Below are positions 17,387-24,939 of a stretch of 43,403 bases of DNA, piece by piece. This DNA comes from a virus (taxonomy: Duplodnaviria > Caudoviricetes), in the IMG/VR virus record IMGVR_UViG_3300020181_000004, positions 1-43,403 of that record. One strand, given 5' to 3'. Under the pieces are notes generated by a model. That model was not told the DNA's origin and made no database searches. It saw only the letters and a list, made by a program, of their open reading frames with translations. The translations under genes were made by a program, and so were the position numbers. Position 1 is the stretch's first letter. Every line of letters starts with the position of its first letter.

Positions 17387-17720
17387 TGTGGTCCTCGGGG
17401 TAAGGGATGGCGATGCGGAGTGTTGGATCGCTTGCGTGGAGCCGGTTCCACCACGCCATGACGTTGTACGCCCAGCCACCGAGGCGGCGCTCGTCGATGA
17501 GACACCCAGAAGAGTCTCGGAACGTGCGGCTGTTTGAACAGCGAATGTAGTAACCAGCACCGATACCCGCGTCTGATATAACGGCATGGCCGCCACACAG
17601 CTTGCAGGGGACGCACTTCTCTTGCGCGTCGAGCATCTGCTCGTGATACGACAAGCGCGAAGGATCGAAGCTCGACCCCTCAGGGGAGCGCCAACCCTCA
17701 GGCACGCTATCCCCCATCAT
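17379..17720 (-). CDS. Lar-like Zn-finger protein
   Basis: PCKLCGG..YYIRC..GC..WWNR, resembling the Lar restriction-alleviation pattern. Confidence 0.55.
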   Translation of the reverse strand: MMGDSVPEGWRSPEGSSFDPSRLSYHEQMLDAQEKCVPCKLCGGHAVISDAGIGAGYYIRCSNSRTFRDSSGCLIDERRLGGWAYNVMAWWNRLHASDPTLRIAIPYPEDHNG

Positions 17721-17980
17721 GAGGATGACTCGACTGTGTTTGTGGGGGTGGGCGCTTCAGGAAGCGGCATCCAGTGACTGATTTCGGTCATGTCCGGCGC
17801 GGCAACGTCAGCCAGAAGCTGCTCTGCGAACGTCCAGTATCCGTCCTCGCCGAGCTCTTCCGCTATGTCGGCGGGATACGCTTCCCAGCGGATGACCTCC
17901 GGCCATTCGTAGCCAACCGCAATTGCGAGAATGGCCGTCCCGTCTCGCGGCGCCGTGTCGATCGGTTGCCAGGCGCTCAT
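17717..17980 (-). CDS. DUF551 family protein
   Basis: WQPIDTAPRDGT ... SHWMPLPEAP. Confidence 0.85.
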   Translation of the reverse strand: MSAWQPIDTAPRDGTAILAIAVGYEWPEVIRWEAYPADIAEELGEDGYWTFAEQLLADVAAPDMTEISHWMPLPEAPTPTNTVESSS

Positions 17981-18153
17981 GCCAGCACCATCAGCGCCAG
18001 AAGAAACCCGACAATAACCAGCCCCTTCCAATCTCTTGATGCAGAGACGAGAGGATGAGCATCAGCACGGTTGCGAAGGTGATGCCCGCCTGTTGCTGTA
18101 GGGTCAGACATGGCGAACGACATGTGATCCGTGGGGATGTTGTGGAGGTTCAT
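17977..18153 (-). CDS. Small protein with C-terminal TM helix
   Basis: 58 aa ending GLVIVGFLLALMVLA; coupled. Confidence 0.55.
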   Translation of the reverse strand: MNLHNIPTDHMSFAMSDPTATGGHHLRNRADAHPLVSASRDWKGLVIVGFLLALMVLA

Positions 18154-18323
18154 CAGTCCCGCTCCCCTCTGTAGATTGCCTGCATTTCGGCCCACACTTC
18201 GGGAGGCCATGCGTCTTGACGGGTGCAGCGTTGGACACGCCGCTGGATCGGTTCGGGCTTGTCGATGTCGCCGCGGATGTGGAGCTTTTCACCAAGCTGG
18301 CGGGCCAACGGGAGGACGCTCAT
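18153..18323 (-). CDS. Hypothetical protein
   Basis: 56 aa; GGAGG RBS; coupled. Confidence 0.55.
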   Translation of the reverse strand: MSVLPLARQLGEKLHIRGDIDKPEPIQRRVQRCTRQDAWPPEVWAEMQAIYRGERD

Positions 18324-18538
18324 TGCAGCCTCCCTTCGATTACCCACTGACGGCCAGCAGCCTCAGCAGCTTCGCGTGTGGTGAACTTGTGCGTATGCCC
18401 ATCAGCGCGGCACCAATCGCCTTCACCAAAGAGGCGCAGGTGCCAGTGCAGGCAAATGCCAGGGCGAAGATCGCGCTTGTGGAATATCTCGTAGGACCGA
18501 GGCTCCGTCTGCGCTTCGATAGCGGCGGCGTATGTCAT
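18320..18538 (-). CDS. Hypothetical protein
   Basis: 72 aa; FTTREAAEAAG motif; coupled. Confidence 0.6.
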   Translation of the reverse strand: MTYAAAIEAQTEPRSYEIFHKRDLRPGICLHWHLRLFGEGDWCRADGHTHKFTTREAAEAAGRQWVIEGRLQ

Positions 18539-18849
18539 GCCTCACCTCCGATGCGGGTGAGGGCGGAGTTGAACTGCGCTATCGCGGCGCGAACCTCGCC
18601 AGCAGTCACCTGATCGCTGGCGCCGCTACCCATGAAGTGCAGCACAACAGCACCGTCGGGGACTGGCTCATCGACCAACTCGCATTGCGCCAGGGACATG
18701 CTGACTGGAAGCAGGCACCGCGACAAAGCGACTGCCGCCTCCAACCCCGGCACCACCTCATCAATGAAGAACTGGCGTACAGCCTCCATGCCTCCGTCGC
18801 GCTCTGCGGCGTCCAGCTTGTTCAGGAGAGTTTCGGAGAGGCGGGTCAT
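18535..18849 (-). CDS. Hypothetical protein
   Basis: 104 aa from MTRLSE; coupled. Confidence 0.6.
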   Translation of the reverse strand: MTRLSETLLNKLDAAERDGGMEAVRQFFIDEVVPGLEAAVALSRCLLPVSMSLAQCELVDEPVPDGAVVLHFMGSGASDQVTAGEVRAAIAQFNSALTRIGGEA

Positions 18850-19265
18850 GCCGCTTCTCCGGTAGGCTCTTGAGACGGCCGAAGGTTCTCGGCAGCCCAA
18901 CTACGCATGTGCTGCCAGCGGCTTTCCGGGTCCGCGCCCCAATAGGCCTCGTCGTTCATGAACTCGATTTCACGAACCAGCTGTTCGGCAATGCCGAATG
19001 TCGCCGCGATGCGGTCCGGGTCCTGCGGATGGAGAGCGCTCATGTCGACGCCGCGCCGCACGCCTACGCTGCCGATGGCGCAGACCTCGCCGTTCGCCTC
19101 CAGCTCATGGGCAATCAGCCGCTTCTCGGGCATGGCGTCGAGGGCGGCGATCAACTCACGCAGGAAGGCCTGCCCACGCCTTCCGCGGATCGCGCTTGCA
19201 ACCTGCCCGCGCCAACGGATCAGCTGCCAATTGTCGATATCTTCGTTGTAGCCGGCTCTGCTCAT
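18846..19265 (-). CDS. Conserved-looking phage hypothetical protein
   Basis: WRGQVASAIRGRRGQAFLREL..LDAMPEKRLI..VCAIG..EIEFMNDE..RWQHMRSW. Confidence 0.8.
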   Translation of the reverse strand: MSRAGYNEDIDNWQLIRWRGQVASAIRGRRGQAFLRELIAALDAMPEKRLIAHELEANGEVCAIGSVGVRRGVDMSALHPQDPDRIAATFGIAEQLVREIEFMNDEAYWGADPESRWQHMRSWAAENLRPSQEPTGEAA

Positions 19266-19277
19266 CGCCCGCTCCTC

Positions 19278-19363
19278 TGCGCCTGATCGAAGCCTTTGGT
19301 GGAGACAGCGCAGACTGGCTCCATCGCGTCAGCGACGAGAGCAGGTTGCCCGAAGGGACGCCC
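19278..19363 (+). repeat. Structured three-hairpin element, copy 5
   Basis: TGCGCCTGATCGAAGCCTTTGGTGGAGAC-AGC[GCA]GACT-GGCTCCA-TCGC[GTCA]GCGA-CGAGAGCAGGTTG-CCC[GAA]GGG-ACGCCC. Confidence 0.8.
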
Positions 19364-19422
19364 AGAAACGGCGGCTCCCACCTGATCAACCCTATCGAGG
19401 ATGCGCTTGGATAGATCGGGGG

Positions 19423-19668
19423 TCATGCTGATAGCGCCTTCTCGAGGCGATCAGCGAGGGCGCCGAAGGTGTAGGGGCTATCGGCTAGGGCGAGCGCCAT
19501 CCGATTGGATACGGTGCCTTCGAGGCTATCCGGACAAATTAGGTGCGGAAAGCCGAGGTCCCTTCCGAACTGCGACAGCGCGCAGCGGGAGGGATTGAAG
19601 AAATCGTACCCCTCATCCGCAGGCTTGCTGCGGAAGTAGGCGAGTGCCTGATGCTCTAGGGATTGCAC
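19423..19668 (-). CDS. First gene of the leftward early operon, hypothetical
   Basis: 81 aa; GGAG RBS; directly downstream of PL. Confidence 0.65.
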   Translation of the reverse strand: MQSLEHQALAYFRSKPADEGYDFFNPSRCALSQFGRDLGFPHLICPDSLEGTVSNRMALALADSPYTFGALADRLEKALSA

Positions 19669-19704
19669 CGTTCTATCTCCCGGCCCGATGTGGGCTAATG
19701 GGAG

Positions 19705-19750
19705 AACCTATAAAACAGAATTTGATATAATGTCAAACGCTATTTTGATA
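19705..19750 (-). promoter_or_regulatory. Leftward early promoter PL with operators
   Basis: Minus-strand TTGACA (19731-36); operator-like TATAAAA-N5-TTTGATA (19709-27) and TGTCAAA-N6-TTTGATA (19731-50). Confidence 0.75.
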
Positions 19751-19825
19751 TCACGGCATCATCCTAAGATAAAACCGTCGCGGCCTCTCCTCTTTAAGCG
19801 GCAGCCGGGGCGGAGAGAAGAGGGG

Positions 19826-20185
19826 ATGATGCGTGATACAAAGCGATTCGGAGTCTACATTGATGTTTTGATCCAATATCGTGAGATCTGGGAAAATGCG
19901 CTGCTCGGCCTCGAGCTGACCAGGGCCTATTGCGAGAGCTACACTGTCACGGCTGACAGCGTTGCGGCATCTCTCAGGATCAGTGACGATACTGCCAGGC
20001 GCTTGCTCGATCGGCTTGTCAGCCGAGGCCGCGTTCTGATGGTTATACAGCAAGGCCGGCGACGATACGCTCCGGTTGCGGAGTTTGCTGAACGGTCGCT
20101 GGCGATTATTAGTGAGGCTGAGAAATACCACCCGCAGACTGCGGTCGATGGCCATGCTTCAGCCGCAAACTGCGGCCTAACATAG
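19826..20185 (+). CDS. Winged-helix DNA-binding protein in the immunity region
   Basis: TADSVAASLRISDDTARRLLDRLVSRGRV; purine-rich RBS before ATG 19826. Confidence 0.75.
   Translation: MMRDTKRFGVYIDVLIQYREIWENALLGLELTRAYCESYTVTADSVAASLRISDDTARRLLDRLVSRGRVLMVIQQGRRRYAPVAEFAERSLAIISEAEKYHPQTAVDGHASAANCGLT
20132..20175. promoter_or_regulatory. Twin palindromes CCGCA-N3-TGCGG
   Basis: CCGCAGACTGCGG (20132-44) and CCGCAAACTGCGG (20163-75), 31 bp apart. Confidence 0.55.
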
Positions 20186-20256
20186 ATTGCCCCCTGCGGG
20201 AAAGCCGCGCAAAAACAGCTTTCCTACAGGCGTTTGCGTCCTCTAGGGCAGATTGA

Positions 20257-20271
20257 GTTCTTGTTCTGTTC
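20257..20271 (+). promoter_or_regulatory. Alphaproteobacterial LexA (SOS) box
   Basis: GTTC-TTGTTCT-GTTC, intergenic, 30 bp beyond the repressor stop. Confidence 0.75.
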
Positions 20272-20285
20272 TTCGGGAGCGATGT

Positions 20286-20519
20286 ATGCGAACAGCATTA
20301 ATCACGTGCCGCGCGCTTGGGGCTGTTGTTGCTGCCACGCAGCGTGAGCTGCATGCGATGCCCGCGTATGAAGCGGCGCGTCTTCAGGGAAAACTTCAAG
20401 CAGCCGCTTCGCTTCAAGCACGGCACTGGCAAGGGTGTCAGCTCTGTCGGACGTCATGCCCTCTAGCGCAAACAAGTGGAGCAGGATGTCTCTCAGGCCC
20501 TCGTCAGTCCCTTCACTAA
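20286..20519 (+). CDS. Cys-rich ORF antisense to the repressor (candidate antirepressor)
   Basis: 77 aa; GGGAG RBS 6 nt before ATG; SOS box upstream; CQLCRTSCPL. Confidence 0.45.
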   Translation: MRTALITCRALGAVVAATQRELHAMPAYEAARLQGKLQAAASLQARHWQGCQLCRTSCPLAQTSGAGCLSGPRQSLH

Positions 20520-20721
20520 GAAGGGCGCTTGGCGTGGTCTTCAGGACCCTAGCTACCTTTGCGAGCGTGACTGGATCTGGACGTGCGCCCTTCGTCCAAC
20601 TGTTGAAGCGTTGCGGGCTGACATCGCAGGCGAGCGCTGCCTGACGTTCGGACCTGAAGCCCGCAGCCTTCCAAGCCGCTGTTAATCTATCGGAAAATGA
20701 CACGCGGCGTATATGCGCCAT
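20302..20721 (-). CDS. cI: CI-like immunity repressor (XRE HTH, no S24 peptidase domain)
   Basis: FSDRLTAAWKAAGFRSERQAALACDVSPQRFNSWTKGARPDPVTLAKVARVLKTTPSALL; divergent from the Cro-like gene. Confidence 0.85.
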   Translation of the reverse strand: MAHIRRVSFSDRLTAAWKAAGFRSERQAALACDVSPQRFNSWTKGARPDPVTLAKVARVLKTTPSALLSEGTDEGLRDILLHLFALEGMTSDRADTLASAVLEAKRLLEVFPEDAPLHTRASHAAHAAWQQQQPQARGT

Positions 20722-20753
20722 CACATTTTGGAGGGCTATAAAATCAAAGGCGC

Positions 20754-20779
20754 TTGAACTATCAAATGAGATTTGATAG
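20754..20779 (+). promoter_or_regulatory. Rightward promoter PR with operator
   Basis: Perfect inverted repeat CTATCAAAT-GAG-ATTTGATAG (20759-79) right after TTGAAC; matches the PL operators. Confidence 0.8.
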
Positions 20780-20787
20780 GGAGAGGC

Positions 20788-21003
20788 ATGGCCAAGCCCA
20801 AACATCCCCATAGTAGCCTCATCCAGTCCCTCGGCCCTCGGCTCGTTCGGACGCAGTTCAACCTCTCGCATCAGCGCCTGCACGCTTGGACGGTGAACGG
20901 GGTTCCCTACACCCATCGCGCCGCCTTTGCGCAGCTTGCGATGCTCCACGGGCTCAGCATGCCGAGCGACTTCCTTGCCCCGCCAGTTTCGGAGGCAGCA
21001 TGA
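20788..21003 (+). CDS. cro: Cro-like protein
   Basis: 71 aa; LIQSLG..VRTQFNLSHQRLHAWTVNGVP; divergent from cI. Confidence 0.75.
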   Translation: MAKPKHPHSSLIQSLGPRLVRTQFNLSHQRLHAWTVNGVPYTHRAAFAQLAMLHGLSMPSDFLAPPVSEAA

Positions 21004-21185
21004 CCACCGCTCTTTCTCTCGCCATTCCTGCAAGCGTCATAGCTGCTGCTGCGCTGATCGTGGTGATCAGGATGGTGGTGCGCACTGAGTGCGCCCGCCC
21101 GCTCGGAAGGGCCCTCGCCAGCGCCGCGCTCGCATCGCTGAACGGCAGCATCAATCGGCTTTGGGTGGAGCACTCCCCAAGATGA
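21000..21185 (+). CDS. Small membrane protein
   Basis: 61 aa, N-terminal TM, GGAGG RBS. Confidence 0.55.
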   Translation: MTTALSLAIPASVIAAAALIVVIRMVVRTECARPLGRALASAALASLNGSINRLWVEHSPR

Positions 21186-21375
21186 GGTGCGCCATCTCCG
21201 AAGCAAATATGCAGGATTTGCGCTCGAGCTCTCCCGTCGCTCGCTCGGCAAAGCCAGCATATTCGTCGCTGACCCGTTGCACGATGCTCGCGGGCAGTAT
21301 TCCAGCTTCAACCATCCCCTGGAAGACAGCAGCCACGAACTTTGCGGTTCCGAGCGCTCTTGGGTCTCCGTCCAT
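21151..21375 (-). CDS. Antisense-oriented hypothetical protein
   Basis: 74 aa; GGAGAG RBS; fills a gap in the + operon. Confidence 0.5.
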   Translation of the reverse strand: MDGDPRALGTAKFVAAVFQGMVEAGILPASIVQRVSDEYAGFAERATGELERKSCIFASEMAHLILGSAPPKAD

Positions 21376-21456
21376 TTCTTCTCTCCGTGCATGTCAGACA
21401 ACCTGCACGTTAGCCGAAGCCGGGGCGGTCACAAGCCGTCCCGGTGGAGGCGTCGC

Positions 21457-21759
21457 ATGACCTTGATGCAGCTCCGTCTCTACCGCTTCATAGAGCGCTA
21501 CATCGCAAAGAAGGGCTATTCTCCTTCCTACGAGGAAATGCGCGCTGGTGTCGGTATCGGCAGCAAGAGCAACGTCGCTCGTCTTCTGGACGCACTGGAG
21601 GAGAGGGGCCGGATCCGCCGGCACCGTGACCGCGCACGTTCGATCGAACTCATTCCCGAAGCCACGCTGCTGGATCACGCGACGATCGACCAATGTATCG
21701 CCCGCATCCACGCCCTCGGCGGGAATGTCCAATTCATTATTGGGGGGCAGATGGGATGA
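21457..21759 (+). CDS. LexA-type DNA-binding-domain-only protein
   Basis: QLRLYRFIERYIAKKGYSPSYEEMRAGVGIGSKSNVARLLDALEERGRIRR..RARSIE; GGAGG RBS. Confidence 0.88.
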   Translation: MTLMQLRLYRFIERYIAKKGYSPSYEEMRAGVGIGSKSNVARLLDALEERGRIRRHRDRARSIELIPEATLLDHATIDQCIARIHALGGNVQFIIGGQMG

Positions 21760-21962
21760 GCCTCACTGACATCGCATTGTTTTGCCTCGCTTGGCTCGCC
21801 GTCTCCATCCTCGCAGGTCTCGTCTTCGGCCTCGCGCTCGGTCCTGCGAGCAACCACTCCCGCAGCCGTCTCTATCAGGCGCGGGATGAGGGCTCCTACG
21901 GCGACCATGCGGCAGTTCCTGGCGATTTTCCCACTCCTCATAGCGAAGGCTCTAAGAAATGA
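21756..21962 (+). CDS. Small membrane protein
   Basis: 68 aa, N-terminal TM. Confidence 0.6.
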   Translation: MSLTDIALFCLAWLAVSILAGLVFGLALGPASNHSRSRLYQARDEGSYGDHAAVPGDFPTPHSEGSKK

Positions 21963-22408
21963 GTGCGCCGCAAATCGTCGGGAAACGGAAGCCCGTTTCC
22001 GCTTCATCCATTCTGGAATCCATTGCCTCCGATCTGATGCAGATCAAGGCGGAGGATCGGCTGACGTTCGCTGATCTCGGCAGGGTGCTCGGCAAGTCTG
22101 AGGATCAGGCTGCCAAGTATTGCGAGGGCACCGCCGAGATGGGTGTGACTGCCTTCTACTTCGCCAAGCAAGCCTGGAACGGGCGCTTCACGGGGACAGC
22201 GGATGCGCTTGTCACTGAAGGCAAGGGGCAGAGCAACGACCGGTCCAAGGCTACTGCGATCTGCAAGGCCAACATGGCGCTCTCAATTGCGCTGGAAGAC
22301 GACGAAGAGGCCAGTCCGAGGGAGGTGCGCAAGATGCGCAAGGATCTCGAGGCCGCTCGCGAAGCCATTGATGAACTCCTGAACAAGCTATCGGTGAGGG
22401 CGGCGTGA
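21959..22408 (+). CDS. CII-like regulator
   Basis: LTFADLGRVLGKSEDQAAKY HTH; ALEDDE...E helical C-terminus; position downstream of cro. Confidence 0.6.
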   Translation: MSAPQIVGKRKPVSASSILESIASDLMQIKAEDRLTFADLGRVLGKSEDQAAKYCEGTAEMGVTAFYFAKQAWNGRFTGTADALVTEGKGQSNDRSKATAICKANMALSIALEDDEEASPREVRKMRKDLEAAREAIDELLNKLSVRAA

Positions 22409-23232
22409 GCGATATTGCACGACATCTGGACCAATTGGTCGACGGCTCGGCAGCGATCTTGGCTGAAGCTGTGGAGCGGTTCAATCCAACCCACATCGTT
22501 TCGATGGTTTCTGGCGGCAAGGACAGCGCCGCGTCTGATCAGGTCGCGCGGGAGCTAGGGGCCAACATCAATTTCGTCATGCACGGCAACACGCGCTGCG
22601 GCATCCCGGAGACGAGCGCCTTTGTGCGCGAAACCTACGGTCAACTAGGCGACTATGTCGAGGCAGACGCTGGCACCGCCTACGAGGATTATGTTCTCCG
22701 CAAGGGCTTCTTCGGCAAAGGCATCGGCGCTCACGGTTTCGCCTACCGGGTCCTGAAGGCCACCCCCTTCCGCAAGGCTACCTCGAAGCACATCCGGCAG
22801 GGCAAGAAAGGCGTGCGCGTCTTGCTTCTCAATGGCGCCCGCAAGGACGAGAGCGAAAACCGCCAGAAGCATCTTCAGACGTTCCGGCAAGACCCGGCCA
22901 GCCCCGGTAATATCTGGGTGAACTTGATCCACCATTGGAGCCAGGAGGACCGGGATAGCTATCTGCGCAGTCGCGGCACTCCAATCAACCCAGTTGCCCG
23001 TGAACTGTGCCGATCCGGCGAGTGCATGTGTGGCACGATGCAGACGGCGCAAGAGCGGGGCGAGGCAGCAGCGATCTTCCCGAAGTGGGGCGCTTGGCTG
23101 TCCGACCTAGAAGCGGAAGCGCGCAGGAAGCACGGCTTTGGTTGGGGTGAACCCTTCCCTAAGCCGCGGGACACGCGTCAAGACGACCTGTTCCAGCCGA
23201 TGTGCAAAGACTGCGTTCGGAGGGCGGCATGA
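22405..23232 (+). CDS. PAPS reductase family protein
   Basis: SGGKDS PP-loop; GARKDESENR; IHHWS; SGECMCG. Confidence 0.9.
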   Translation: MSDIARHLDQLVDGSAAILAEAVERFNPTHIVSMVSGGKDSAASDQVARELGANINFVMHGNTRCGIPETSAFVRETYGQLGDYVEADAGTAYEDYVLRKGFFGKGIGAHGFAYRVLKATPFRKATSKHIRQGKKGVRVLLLNGARKDESENRQKHLQTFRQDPASPGNIWVNLIHHWSQEDRDSYLRSRGTPINPVARELCRSGECMCGTMQTAQERGEAAAIFPKWGAWLSDLEAEARRKHGFGWGEPFPKPRDTRQDDLFQPMCKDCVRRAA

Positions 23233-23393
23233 CTTACGTCGTAGCGCTGGAGCGCGACCCCACTGATGAAGACGAGCGGACGTGGGAGATTATCACCCTA
23301 GACACTGATCCCGGCACTGAACTTGGGATTGAGATCGGTGGCCAGTTCGAAGACGACGGCCTGGTCTGGCGTGTCGCGGATATCTTCAGATGA
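23229..23393 (+). CDS. Small acidic hypothetical protein
   Basis: 54 aa, coupled. Confidence 0.55.
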   Translation: MTYVVALERDPTDEDERTWEIITLDTDPGTELGIEIGGQFEDDGLVWRVADIFR

Positions 23394-23719
23394 AGCGCTT
23401 AGAGGCCGCGAGCTACCCCGTCAGCATCTTCATCGGCGGAAGCGTCTGGGAGGCAGAGACGATCTGTCGGGCCTACTGCGATGAGGTTGGCCTGTGCGTC
23501 ACCGTCACTGAGACGAACTACGTCTACACAGACGGAGAGACGCTCGGGGTCATCGTGGGGCTCATCAACTATCCGCGATTCCCAAGCACGCCCGTCGCCA
23601 TCTGGGCGCATGCCGAGGTTCTGGCTGAGCGCCTACGGGTCGGCCTGAAGCAGGAGTCGTTCACGATCCAGGCGCCAGACAGGACTGTGTGGATCAGCCT
23701 CCGGGAGGAAGGGAAATGA
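23390..23719 (+). CDS. Conserved-looking phage hypothetical protein
   Basis: GLCVTVTETNYVYTDGE..GVIVGLINYPRFP. Confidence 0.75.
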   Translation: MKRLEAASYPVSIFIGGSVWEAETICRAYCDEVGLCVTVTETNYVYTDGETLGVIVGLINYPRFPSTPVAIWAHAEVLAERLRVGLKQESFTIQAPDRTVWISLREEGK

Positions 23720-23847
23720 TCACCCTCTTCAAACAATACATAGCCCGCAAAGCCTTGGCCAAGATGGTGAAGGCAAAGCGAGAGAGCTTCGAATGCGAGC
23801 GCTATCGCCGCAACCGTGCCGCTCAGCTCAAGCGGAGGCGGGTGTGA
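23716..23847 (+). CDS. 43-aa basic protein (not in ORF track)
   Basis: [43 protein letters not shown]; coupled at both ends. Confidence 0.6.
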   Translation: MITLFKQYIARKALAKMVKAKRESFECERYRRNRAAQLKRRRV

Positions 23848-24167
23848 GCTCTGGCCCCAAGATCGATGAAGATCGCAAGGCAGCGGTCCTGAAGCTCTAC
23901 AGCGAAGGCAAGAGCCTCCGTCAAATCGCGGAGGCGATCGGCTATCAGAACAAGGCGAGCGTTCACTACGCGCTCCAGCGCTATGGGGCGGTCAAGCCCA
24001 AGCCACAGCCTCTTTCAGAGGCGGAGCATTCGAGGATGTTCAGGCTGGACGCTGCGAGGGGTTCGCGGATGCTCCATGAAGCGACGGTTCGCTACTTCAA
24101 GAAGCACCATTGGTCGGCCGCTGAGATTGCCCTCTACGACGCCTGTAGATCGGAGGAAGGCCGGTGA
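23844..24167 (+). CDS. HTH protein
   Basis: [32 protein letters not shown]. Confidence 0.75.
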   Translation: MSSGPKIDEDRKAAVLKLYSEGKSLRQIAEAIGYQNKASVHYALQRYGAVKPKPQPLSEAEHSRMFRLDAARGSRMLHEATVRYFKKHHWSAAEIALYDACRSEEGR

Positions 24168-24574
24168 ACGTCTACACCGTCACCACCTTTGGCCCGCGAG
24201 AGTATCTCCAACACATCGGCCGCATCAACGTGGGTGAGCTGACCTACACACCGGTCAAGACGCGAGCAGTGACGATCGCCGGAATCCAGCAGGGGGTGGC
24301 GCTTTGGTTTGGCATCCCTCTGGCAGAGATGACTTCCGATCGCCGCAGCCGGGAAGTAGCCCGACCTCGTCAAGTCGCGATGTATCTCTCAAAGCTGCTG
24401 ACGCCCCGGTCTCTGCCTGAGATTGGGCGAGTCTTCGGCGGACGTGACCATACTACGGTCATACACGCTATCCGCCAGATAGATCGGCTTCAGAAGACCG
24501 ATCCGAAGCTCCGGCAGGATGTGGTGCATCTGACACGTCTTCTCTCTCAGGCGCGGCGCGGAGGGCTTGCTTGA
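24164..24574 (+). CDS. DnaA C-terminal (domain IV) HTH protein
   Basis: [42 protein letters not shown]. Confidence 0.92.
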   Translation: MNVYTVTTFGPREYLQHIGRINVGELTYTPVKTRAVTIAGIQQGVALWFGIPLAEMTSDRRSREVARPRQVAMYLSKLLTPRSLPEIGRVFGGRDHTTVIHAIRQIDRLQKTDPKLRQDVVHLTRLLSQARRGGLA

Positions 24575-24939
24575 AAGCTCCCCGGCCCCTCGAGAAGCAT
24601 ATCCAGCGCGACGTGGTAGCCTATCTACGCGCACGCAGGATCGATGCCTATCACTGCCCGAACGGCTCTGTGCTGGCGGGAGACGGAGCCGCACGCGCTC
24701 GCCAGGCCAATGCCCTCAAGAGCGCGGGTGTTGTTCCCGGCTTCCCAGATATACTCCTGATCGCCCGCACCTCAGACGGCCACCGCATCGGCTTCATGGA
24801 GGTCAAGCGGGAAGGGGAGAAGCTTCGCAAGGAGCAGGCTGACTTTGCCGATCGCTGCACCGACTGGCGCATTCCATTCGCAGTCATTCGCTCTGTCGAT
24901 GATGCCAAGGAAACCCTGGCTGAGTGGGGGTGGATGTGA
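24571..24939 (+). CDS. VRR-NUC nuclease
   Basis: [36 protein letters not shown]. Confidence 0.88.
   Translation: MKAPRPLEKHIQRDVVAYLRARRIDAYHCPNGSVLAGDGAARARQANALKSAGVVPGFPDILLIARTSDGHRIGFMEVKREGEKLRKEQADFADRCTDWRIPFAVIRSVDDAKETLAEWGWM

Noticed and set aside
18468-18530. Sixth structured element (minus strand GCTATCGAAGCG...TCGCCC)
   Set aside because: The ends resemble the family, but the three GNA hairpins and GGCT core are absent and it lies within a coding region.
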